A DNA stretch of 64,000 nt from Chloroflexota bacterium (lineage in GTDB: Bacteria > Chloroflexota > UBA11872 > VXOZ01), in NCBI GenBank assembly GCA_965221905.1, contig OZ244922.1:2464001-2528000 (forward strand), read 5' to 3'. Positions 27,116 to 35,524 of the stretch are shown piece by piece. The position numbers and the translations under genes were made by a program. Under the pieces are notes generated by a model that saw only the letters and a program-made list of their open reading frames with translations, was not told where the DNA came from and searched no databases. Numbering within the stretch: position 1 is the first letter of the stretch; every line of letters starts with the position of its first letter.

Positions 27116-28537
27116 CTAAAGCCCAAGCTCTTTGCGCCAATCCTCAGCAATGACGTTCATCTGCGCTTCAGCCGTGGCGAGGCCTTCCTGAATGCCGATC
27201 TCGCCGTTCCAGAGCGATCCGACCCAATCTCTGGTGAGAATCTCAATGCGCATCTGATCGGAACCGGGCACACCAAAGCCGAGGGTCGACGTACGATACT
27301 GCATGTTCTCCGACATATGGAGGACAAACGGATCGTTCTCGTGAAATTCTTCTGACAGCGTTGCCGATTTTCTCACCGGCACACGGTCGAAGGTCTTGGT
27401 GAACGCCAGCGTATTCTCCGGCCGCGCAAGGTATTCCAGCCATGCAAAGGACTCTTCCGCCACCTCTGTCCAAGCGGAAACCATGTGAATCCAGGCGCCG
27501 CCGAGGCTCACCTGACGCGCAGGATTGGCGGGCAAGGGGAATCCGGTATACCCAAACTCGTAGTCCGGTTCCAAAGGAATGATCTGCTGTTTGCGTTCGG
27601 CATACGTCATGTAGATGCTTGCGCACTTCGCATTGACGAGCGCTGCTCCCCGGCCCCTACCGGAGGGCAGTGCAGATTCTTGGAACGCCTTTACCGCAGT
27701 GTATCCATCTTGCAAGTCCCACAGCCGCTTGACGAACGTAAAGGCCTCAACCCCCTCAGGTGTATTGAAGGTCATCTTGGTGCGGTCGTCGTTCGTACGG
27801 CTGCCACCAAGCTGCAAGAGTGGAAGCATGAAGAGCCACGTGCCGTTTGAGCCCCAGTCCGGCGGAAAGCCCGCGACGGTCAGGTTGCCCGCAGCATCCT
27901 TCTGCGTCGTTTTCTGAATTGCTTCCTCAAAGTCGTCCCACGTTTGCGGCCCCGTAGCCGGGTCCAGGCCTCCGCTGACATAGAGGTCGATGTTCATATA
28001 GAGCACGCGCATGTCCGGGCCGTAGGGCATTCCGAATACGCGACCGTCCCGCCACACGACGGGCTCCAACAGACCTTCCCAGACATCGCCCATATCCAGG
28101 CCCGTAGCCTTGATGTAGTCATTCAGGTGCAAAACCGTTCCCTGCAGGCCCCGGTCGATAGGCGTGCCTTCGCCACCCGTCACCACGTCATAGGGAATGT
28201 TTGCGGCGGCTGCGGCCGCAAAAGCCTCGTTGCGGTTGCCGGAATAGGGTTCCACGATCAGATTGACATTAGGAAATTCTTCGCCGAACGCCGCAACTAA
28301 GCCGCCGGAAACATGGCCTTCCTCTTGAAACTTGAAGGAGCCATTCGGCACGAAGACGATATCCACCGGCTCGGCCGGTTTCGGCGCCGCTTCTGCCTTC
28401 TGCTCCGCAGGCTTGTCTGCGGCCATTTCCGGCTGCGTCGCCGCCGTGCCGCAAGCCGCAAGGGCCGCCATCACGGGAATTGTGCTCGCCGCACCCAAGA
28501 ATCCTCGTCTGGTTAGCGTATTTGACTTCCTTGACAT
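27116..28537 (-). CDS. Tat-exported lipoprotein, sugar-family ABC solute-binding protein
   Basis: TRRGFLG plus LAAC; DGRVFGMPY...LYMNIDL...PQTWDD. No permease nearby. Confidence 0.85.
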   Translation of the reverse strand: MSRKSNTLTRRGFLGAASTIPVMAALAACGTAATQPEMAADKPAEQKAEAAPKPAEPVDIVFVPNGSFKFQEEGHVSGGLVAAFGEEFPNVNLIVEPYSGNRNEAFAAAAAANIPYDVVTGGEGTPIDRGLQGTVLHLNDYIKATGLDMGDVWEGLLEPVVWRDGRVFGMPYGPDMRVLYMNIDLYVSGGLDPATGPQTWDDFEEAIQKTTQKDAAGNLTVAGFPPDWGSNGTWLFMLPLLQLGGSRTNDDRTKMTFNTPEGVEAFTFVKRLWDLQDGYTAVKAFQESALPSGRGRGAALVNAKCASIYMTYAERKQQIIPLEPDYEFGYTGFPLPANPARQVSLGGAWIHMVSAWTEVAEESFAWLEYLARPENTLAFTKTFDRVPVRKSATLSEEFHENDPFVLHMSENMQYRTSTLGFGVPGSDQMRIEILTRDWVGSLWNGEIGIQEGLATAEAQMNVIAEDWRKELGL

Positions 28538-28715
28538 GAAAAACTCCTTGGCATTTCGCCCTTCACCGTTCAAATCTTGAGACGCTCTTGCCTCCCTTTC
28601 GCCGGTACTTGAACTCCTAACATTTCAGTTCAATTTTCGTCTCGTGGAGATTATACCACTCATTGATTTTCGGTACGTCAACCATCGCCCGACTTCGGCG
28701 GATCGTTGACGAGGT

Positions 28716-29552
28716 TCAAGGTTTTCTTCCATATGAAAGCACCGCTGCCATTGGCAAGCGAATACTTCCTGCCTCATCAAACGCCATCACTGCCTCTCGG
28801 ACGGCAATTCGGATTGCGGCGCGTGCTTCCGGCTTCTGCGCTTGCAAGAGCGCGCCGGTGCGCACCGCTCCGTAGAGAAAAGTTTCAAAGAGTACGTCAG
28901 CATCCTGCATTTCCCAATCAACGTGGATTTCCTCCACCGTTGGGCCTTTGAAACCCGCCTCGGTCATTACTCGCTCGCTCTCAGCCGCATCGCTAAATCT
29001 GAAGAAGGGCGGTCCTTCCGGCAGGGGAACGTCCATCGCGCCATGCTCGGCAATTGCGTCGAGTATGATTTTGAATCCCAGACATGTGTTGGGATCGCCC
29101 CATACGGTAAAGGCAACCCGGCCACCGGAGCGTAGTACCCGGTACGCCTCCGCCAGCGCTAATTCGGGTTGAGCGACGTGCAGCAAGCCAAAGTTCATGA
29201 CGACAGCATCGAAGAGCGCAACGGGAAAGGGCAGCTTTTCGGCACTCCCGGTTTGGAAAGTGATGGCAGGATATTGCTTCCGCGCCACTGCCACCGCAGC
29301 CTCTGCAAAGTCAATTCCCTCTACTTCAGCACCGCGACGCGCTGCCGCCGCCGCAACATACCCGGGTCCTGTTGCCACGTCAAGCACACGGGATCCGGCT
29401 CTTACGCCGCCGGCATTGAGCAGTGGATCGATGAAACGCGTGGTAAGGGCCGCAAAATAGCGGTGATAGTCACCGGCAACCCGTTCCCACCCTGCTCTTT
29501 CGAATTCGTAGAATGCGTTGGAATCATCCTGGCCTCGCCCCGGCATGCTCAA
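28716..29552 (-). CDS. Class I SAM-dependent methyltransferase
   Basis: VLDVATGPG, LPF...FDAVV, RVLRSGGRV. Confidence 0.9.
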   Translation of the reverse strand: MSMPGRGQDDSNAFYEFERAGWERVAGDYHRYFAALTTRFIDPLLNAGGVRAGSRVLDVATGPGYVAAAAARRGAEVEGIDFAEAAVAVARKQYPAITFQTGSAEKLPFPVALFDAVVMNFGLLHVAQPELALAEAYRVLRSGGRVAFTVWGDPNTCLGFKIILDAIAEHGAMDVPLPEGPPFFRFSDAAESERVMTEAGFKGPTVEEIHVDWEMQDADVLFETFLYGAVRTGALLQAQKPEARAAIRIAVREAVMAFDEAGSIRLPMAAVLSYGRKP

Positions 29553-29945
29553 CTCCTTTACGGGGATTCGCGACTAATGCCATTGTACCCGGCGGGGCAG
29601 AATTAGACCGATTCTATAGTGTGGTCTCCGAAACGTAGCTAAGAGGCTACTAGCGAGAAGCGACCGACGCAATGACAACCAGCAGGCCTAATGTTCAGCG
29701 ACTAAAGGGCATAGAGAAACCATCCGCACTCTCGTTCTCAAACTACGGGAGACCCGCAGTTTCATACTGTGCGGCAAGAAGCAATGAGCGTGTACGCCAT
29801 ATGCCCAAGAATGCTATAGTATTGGATGATCTTCTTTGCGAAAACATATCGATGCGCTGATTTCGCAGTCATCGCAAGAAGGTTCACCTCGAATTCAATG
29901 AGATGTGGGTAATCGCATCGTTAGCAGCTACTAAGGAACTCCGCT

Positions 29946-30857
29946 ATGTGCGGCATTATCGGCTTTCTCGATAAGGCAGGCCAGGGCACAGCGCCGGTCG
30001 GAAACACTGTGCTTACAATGCTCAACGCCTTAGCGTGCCGCGGGCCGGACTCCGCCGGCGTCGCGCTCTATTCCGGCTCAAACAACGGGCACACCGTTCT
30101 CCGTATAAAGCTGGGCGAGAACGGCGACTATGCCGGGCGCCGCGAAAGCATCACCGAGCGAGTCCAAGCTCTGGGCGAAATTCACGACACATCAGCAACT
30201 GAAGAGTACCTTCGTCTTGAACTCGACTTTCAAGGCGACCCACAGGAGCTCGGCGCTCTCATTGAATCTGAAGCAGCCGACGTTGAGGTAGTTAGCATGG
30301 GGAACGCCTTAGAAATCGTCAAACAGGTGGGCTCCCCACAGAATCTCGAACAGACCCACGGCGTTTCGCGCATTACCGGCACACACGGGATTGGGCATAC
30401 TCGCCTCTCCACTGAATCGCGAGTGGACCTGAGCCATTCGCAGCCGTTCTGGGCGCATGGCGTACCCGATCTCGCTGTAGTGCACAACGGCCACATCACG
30501 AATTACCACAAACTGCGCCGACTCTATGAACAGCACGGCATACGGTTCTACACTGATAACGACTCTGAAGTCATCGGCGTATACTTGGCAGACCGCCTTT
30601 CGCAAGGCATGTCACTTAAAGAGGCGCTCACCGCCTCACTGTACGACTTGGACGGCTCCTTTAGCTTTCTGGCTGCAACGCAGAATGAGTTGGGCTTTGC
30701 CAAAGACCGCTTCGCCCTGAAGCCGCTCCTCTTTACCGAGACGGATGACTCGGTTGTGGTCGCTACCGAAGAGATTGCAATTGAGAACGCCTTCCCCGGC
30801 ATTGGCGGCGTGCGCGAGGCGCAAGCGAAGGAAGTACAGGTATGGCAGTTGAACTAG
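29946..30857 (+). CDS. mgsA: Class II glutamine amidotransferase; N-methylglutamate synthase subunit A (GlxB/MgsA)
   Basis: N-terminal MCGI, RGPDSAG, GHTRLSTES, HNGHITN, NDSEV; cluster context. Confidence 0.82.
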   Translation: MCGIIGFLDKAGQGTAPVGNTVLTMLNALACRGPDSAGVALYSGSNNGHTVLRIKLGENGDYAGRRESITERVQALGEIHDTSATEEYLRLELDFQGDPQELGALIESEAADVEVVSMGNALEIVKQVGSPQNLEQTHGVSRITGTHGIGHTRLSTESRVDLSHSQPFWAHGVPDLAVVHNGHITNYHKLRRLYEQHGIRFYTDNDSEVIGVYLADRLSQGMSLKEALTASLYDLDGSFSFLAATQNELGFAKDRFALKPLLFTETDDSVVVATEEIAIENAFPGIGGVREAQAKEVQVWQLN

Positions 30858-31555
30858 ATTGCGCCGGCAAGACTGTCCGGGAGATTAACACCGCAATCAA
30901 GGGGATCATTGCCGGCGGAGAAGATGCCGTCACCGTGCGTAATCCGGGAGCGCGGCACAACCTTGGCGTCGCGCTTCTCCAACCCTCCACGGTAACGTTC
31001 GATGGCAGTGTGGGTTACTTTTGCGGGGGCCTGATGGATGGCGCTACCGTGGAGGTCAACGGAAGCACCGGCTGGGGTCTGGCAGAGTCGATGCTCTCCG
31101 GCACCGTCATCGTCCGCGGCAGTGCCGGTAACGGGGCGGCAGCCACCATTCGCGGAGGCACTGTGGTCATTCATGAACACGCAGCCGCTCGGGCCGGAGT
31201 GGCTATGAAGGGCGGCCTCCTGCTGATTGGCGGGAACTGCGGCTACATGGCCGGCTTCATGGGACAGCGCGGCACGATTGTCGTTTGCGGTGACGTGGGT
31301 GAAGCATTCGCCGATTCTATGTACGAGACTGTCTGCTACGTCGGGGGCAAGATTGGCGACCTGGGAAATGATGCCGTGATTGAAGACCTTACCGCTGACG
31401 ACTTTGCGTATCTCGAAGCGACCTTCGCCGAGCATCTTCCCGATCGTTTGGCTGATCTGAAGCCGCGCCTTGCGGACTTTAAGAAGATAGTCTCCGGTCG
31501 CCGCTTGTGGAACTTCGATAAGACTGATTGGGATGTTTGGCAGCAAGTGGTATAG
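30842..31555 (+). CDS. mgsB: GXGXG glutamate-synthase-like subunit (GlxC/MgsB)
   Basis: NPGARHNLGV, GSVGYFCGG, repeated Gly beta-helix; overlaps mgsA. Confidence 0.82.
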   Translation: MAVELDCAGKTVREINTAIKGIIAGGEDAVTVRNPGARHNLGVALLQPSTVTFDGSVGYFCGGLMDGATVEVNGSTGWGLAESMLSGTVIVRGSAGNGAAATIRGGTVVIHEHAAARAGVAMKGGLLLIGGNCGYMAGFMGQRGTIVVCGDVGEAFADSMYETVCYVGGKIGDLGNDAVIEDLTADDFAYLEATFAEHLPDRLADLKPRLADFKKIVSGRRLWNFDKTDWDVWQQVV

Positions 31556-31847
31556 GCCTAAAGGACTCAGCAAGAGACGAATGCGATTGCCCGCAGATTG
31601 GAACAAATAAAACCTCAGTTGAATTGGTCGTTGGCGGGAGCAGGACATTCCAATACGATGTCCCGCATGCGTCGTACTCTTTCACTGTGATACTGCGCTA
31701 GTGCTGTGCAACAGTTGCCACCAATTGCGACCAAGACACTTGAGAGTAGACAATCCGCAGACTGCCGTGTCGGATGGGTTTCGATCTTCAGGACGCCAAC
31801 ACTGCTGCAATTGTGATGAAAATGCCCCATAAGAGGAGCAAGGGACT

Positions 31848-33197
31848 ATGACAGACGGCGAGAACGGCCGGCTGCGACCGAGTGCTACGTACACGCCAGA
31901 GGTAATTTCCGAAATCCAGGAAAAGGCGCAACTTGGGCGCTATATCATGCGCGGTTTTGGCACGCTGCGCGAACGGAATTGGACGACATTCGACGATCTC
32001 ACCTTTATCCCGTGCACCTTGACCCGCATCCCCCTCGAGGGCTATCGCGAACACTGTTCGACGAAGACGGTGATCGGCAAACGCTACGCTGAGAATCCGA
32101 TTGAGCTCGATATTCCAATCATGATTACGGGCATGAGTTGGGGCGCGCTTTCGTATAACGCAAAAGTAGCGCTGGCCAAAGGCGCGGCTGCCGTTGGCTC
32201 CTCGAACACTACCGGCGACGGCGGCATGCTGGAGGCCGAACGTGAGAATAGCAAGACGTTGATCTATGAGGTCTTGCCCTCGCGCTACGGCGTCAGCATC
32301 CACCACGCGCGGGCCGCCGACGCCATTGAGTTGACCATCGGCCAGGGGGCGAAGCCGGGCACCGGCGGTCTGCTGCTCGGCTCCAAGGTGTCGGACGTAA
32401 TTGCCGCACAACGCGATCTGCCCGTGGGCGTGGATCAGCGCAGTCCGGCCCGCCATCCGGACTTCCTGGGACCCGACGATATGATCATCAAGGTCGAGGA
32501 ACTGCGCGAAGCCACCGACTGGAAGGTGCCGATCTTCATTAAGATGGGCGCAACGCGGGTATTCGACGACGTACGCTTGGCGGCAAAAGCGGGTGCCGAT
32601 GCGGTGGTTGTGGACGGCATGGAAGGCGGCACCGGCGCATCACCGGAAATGCTCCAGGAGCACACGGGCATTCCAACCCTGGCTGCGGTCTGCGAAGCGC
32701 GTGCCGCTCTGGAAGACTTGGGGCTGTATGGCAAAGTGCAACTCATCATTGCCGGCGGAATCCGGCACGGTGTGGATGCAGCCAAAGCGCTCGCGCTTGG
32801 CGCGGACGCCGTCTACATCGGCACGTCCGCCCTCATCGCGCTTAATTGTAACCGCTCGCTCTACGTGGAAGATTATGAAAAGCTAGGCACTAAGCCCGGC
32901 TTCTGTCACCATTGCCATACCGGACGCTGCCCGGTGGGCATTACGACCCAAGACCCGGAACTCATGAAGCGCCTGCCGATTGATGAAGCTGCCGAACGGG
33001 TTTCCAGCTACCTGCGCGCGATGGTCTCGGAAATGCAGATGCTGGCCCGCGCCTGCGGCAAGGCCGACGTGCACGACCTCGACCCGGACGACCTCCGCGC
33101 TCTGACTTCGGAAGCGTCTATGATCTGCGGCATCCCGCTCGTCGGCACCAACCGCATCGTCGGCGGCGGCCCCGGCTGGGAAGATCGCGGGCACTAG
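31848..33197 (+). CDS. mgsC: FMN-binding glutamate synthase family (GlxD/MgsC)
   Basis: GMSWGALS, TTGDGGM, GQGAKPGTGG, RHPD, GADAV, CHHCHTGRCPVGITTQDP. Confidence 0.88.
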   Translation: MTDGENGRLRPSATYTPEVISEIQEKAQLGRYIMRGFGTLRERNWTTFDDLTFIPCTLTRIPLEGYREHCSTKTVIGKRYAENPIELDIPIMITGMSWGALSYNAKVALAKGAAAVGSSNTTGDGGMLEAERENSKTLIYEVLPSRYGVSIHHARAADAIELTIGQGAKPGTGGLLLGSKVSDVIAAQRDLPVGVDQRSPARHPDFLGPDDMIIKVEELREATDWKVPIFIKMGATRVFDDVRLAAKAGADAVVVDGMEGGTGASPEMLQEHTGIPTLAAVCEARAALEDLGLYGKVQLIIAGGIRHGVDAAKALALGADAVYIGTSALIALNCNRSLYVEDYEKLGTKPGFCHHCHTGRCPVGITTQDPELMKRLPIDEAAERVSSYLRAMVSEMQMLARACGKADVHDLDPDDLRALTSEASMICGIPLVGTNRIVGGGPGWEDRGH

Positions 33198-33234
33198 AAG
33201 AATGACATACGCCCCACGAGAGCCGGCAATGACG

Positions 33235-33257
33235 GTAGCGCAGGTTTGCAACCTGCG
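33235..33257. repeat. GTAG-type REP palindrome
   Basis: GTAGCGCAGGTTTGCAACCTGCG; near-identical copy at 49821-49843. Confidence 0.75.
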
Positions 33258-33333
33258 GGGCCGGTCGATGGCGCCACCGCAACCGCGCATAGTCAGACTA
33301 GAGTTGAAGAGTTAGGCAAGAAAGCCTGCACCT

Positions 33334-34632
33334 ATGGCTATCCGCCGTCTCAAAGTCTCCAACTTCCGCAGCTTCAACGAGCTTGACGTCGAACTCGGCG
33401 ACTTCAACGTGCTTATAGGCGCAAACGCATCAGGAAAGTCGAACTTTGTCGAGGTCTTCCGCTTTCTGAGAGACATCCGCAAGGAAGGCCTGCGCAACGC
33501 AGTAGCGCTGCAAGGCGGTAGCCGCTATGTCCAAAACCTTCGCATAGGTACGACAGAACCGCTAAGCATTGACATTACTGATTTACAAGATGTCGCATAC
33601 GTAGTGATTTCGACTCATGAAGAGGAGACACGGCATTTTGTTCGTGTCAATGAAATGAGCTATGGTTTCTCGCTTGACTCTCCAGCAAAGGGCCATGGCC
33701 CACATGCTGACAACTGGAGTATAAAACGTGATAGCATTGCGCGAGGCTTCTCCGTATATCCTAATCGGGCAAGAGACGACAATAGTGCCAATGCGAAAAA
33801 ATTGATTGGCACGTTAGAATTCTCGGCTTGGCGGGAGAAAGATGTCCTGAATCGGGCGTATCGCGGAGACTCCTCCCTCATCGAACTCCTAAACCAGAAA
33901 GAGGACGTTGGACACTTTGACTCGGACTTGTTTCCGAAGGATTCGTTGCTCTTAGAGTCCAGGTTATTTACTTATCTGCTCACGGGGAAATTGGGTCCGC
34001 CGTTTAGCACAATACGTGATCCAGGCATCTTCCGTACTGACGCAAGAGCATCCCGGCAGACCCAGACGGTGCGGGCATCTGCGGCACTCACCGAAAGCGC
34101 TTCGAATCTTGCGCCGGTTCTAGATCGAATCCTCTCCGATGGGAGTTCGCGCAAGACATTTCTAAACCTTGTCAGATACCTCTTGCCGTTTATCAATGAC
34201 ATAAGTGTTGAGAACCTAACAGATGAGTCTTCCTTGCTTTATGTGAAGGAGGCCTTCACGGATGAGACGCAACTCTACGCCGGTATGATGTCCGAAGGGA
34301 CAATCGCCGCTATCGCGCTCGTTGTTGCCCTCTACTTTGAGGAAAACTCTCTTCTGATATTTGAGGATCCTGACCGGGGCATGCATCCCAAACTCATGTC
34401 CCGCGTGGTGGATATGATGAAAGAGGTGTCCAAGGAGAAGCAAATCATCATCACGACACATCATCCTGAGATGGTGCGCTACGCCGGCGTCGATAACCTC
34501 CTATTCGTTTCTCGTGACAAGGATGGCTTCTCACAAATTTCGCGCCCGGCTGACAAAACAATGGTCAAGCAATTCCTTGCCAACGACATTGGCCTGGATC
34601 AGCTTTACGTTGATGACTTACTGGAAGTCTGA
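33334..34632 (+). CDS. ABC/AAA_21-type ATPase (OLD/AbiEii-like)
   Basis: NFRSF, Walker A GANASGKSN, signature MSEGT, Walker B LIFEDPD (RGMHP), H-loop IITTHHP. Confidence 0.88.
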   Translation: MAIRRLKVSNFRSFNELDVELGDFNVLIGANASGKSNFVEVFRFLRDIRKEGLRNAVALQGGSRYVQNLRIGTTEPLSIDITDLQDVAYVVISTHEEETRHFVRVNEMSYGFSLDSPAKGHGPHADNWSIKRDSIARGFSVYPNRARDDNSANAKKLIGTLEFSAWREKDVLNRAYRGDSSLIELLNQKEDVGHFDSDLFPKDSLLLESRLFTYLLTGKLGPPFSTIRDPGIFRTDARASRQTQTVRASAALTESASNLAPVLDRILSDGSSRKTFLNLVRYLLPFINDISVENLTDESSLLYVKEAFTDETQLYAGMMSEGTIAAIALVVALYFEENSLLIFEDPDRGMHPKLMSRVVDMMKEVSKEKQIIITTHHPEMVRYAGVDNLLFVSRDKDGFSQISRPADKTMVKQFLANDIGLDQLYVDDLLEV

Positions 34633-34635
34633 GGA

Positions 34636-35175
34636 ATGCTCAAGATATTGTTCGTCTGGCTCGAGGGGCCTTCTGACGAACAGTTCTTTGAGGGTACTCT
34701 TGAACCGATTCTTAATAGCAGGTACGTATCGATACACAAGATTCCCTTTGCAGAACGGTCTACTATCTCCATAAACAAGAAGCTACGTGAGGTAGTGCGC
34801 TCCAATGTAATTCTGGATTACCTGTGGTGCGCGGATCTAGACCCAGACCAATACCCTTGTGTGACAGAAAAAAAGCGCGCAGAGATTTGCAGGCATCCGC
34901 TCTTGAAACCGGATAGAATTGCGGTAGTGTCACCTGAAATCGAAGCCTGGTACCTCGCCGGATTAGATAGTGAAGCATGTCAAGCGCTGGGCATACCGGA
35001 GTACCAAAACACTAATTCCATAACCAAAGAGAAGTTCAAGCAACTCTTGCCAAATGCGTACAGATCCGAAATTGACTTTAGAACAGAAGTCCTCAAGAGA
35101 TTCTCATTGGACATTGCAAAGAGAAAGAACGAATCGTTCGCGTATTTTTGCAAAAGACATCTCGAGGTAACATGA
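34636..35175 (+). CDS. DUF4276/RloB-like TOPRIM-related partner protein
   Basis: WLEGPSDEQFF, ADLD, EIEAWYLAG, C-terminal NESFAYF; 3 bp after the ATPase. Confidence 0.72.
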   Translation: MLKILFVWLEGPSDEQFFEGTLEPILNSRYVSIHKIPFAERSTISINKKLREVVRSNVILDYLWCADLDPDQYPCVTEKKRAEICRHPLLKPDRIAVVSPEIEAWYLAGLDSEACQALGIPEYQNTNSITKEKFKQLLPNAYRSEIDFRTEVLKRFSLDIAKRKNESFAYFCKRHLEVT

Positions 35176-35263
35176 GCGCAGCGATAGCACCATTGACACT
35201 TTGCTACTATCCGCCTTCATCCTCCGATGGCGGGCAATTTTGTAGCTAGTGCTCGGAGTTTGC

Positions 35264-35524
35264 ATGTCTTTCCTAATCCCATGTCCCAACTGCGGCAAGC
35301 GGAGCGTCTACGAGTTTCGCTTTGGCGGTGAGGTGAAATCGCGGCCGGAAGCGGGGTCGAGTGACGAGGCGTGGCTTGGCTACAGCTACGCGATCTCGAA
35401 CCGCAATCACTCTCAGAAGGAATGGTGGTTTCACACGTACGGCTGCCGCCAGTGGCTCTTTGCCGTACGCGATACGCTGACCAATGACGTGACTGAGACA
35501 AGCTTGCCCGAGGAGGCGTCGTGA
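35264..35524 (+). CDS. soxD: Sarcosine-oxidase delta-like subunit (MgdB)
   Basis: IPCPNCGKR..EFRFGGE, EWWFHTYGCRQW, RDTLT. Confidence 0.9.
   Translation: MSFLIPCPNCGKRSVYEFRFGGEVKSRPEAGSSDEAWLGYSYAISNRNHSQKEWWFHTYGCRQWLFAVRDTLTNDVTETSLPEEAS

Noticed and set aside
30854-32456. Long antisense ORFs here and elsewhere (8814-9824, 44014-44856, 45775-46632, 51692-52708)
   Set aside because: They are shadows of well-supported genes on the opposite strand in GC-rich DNA.
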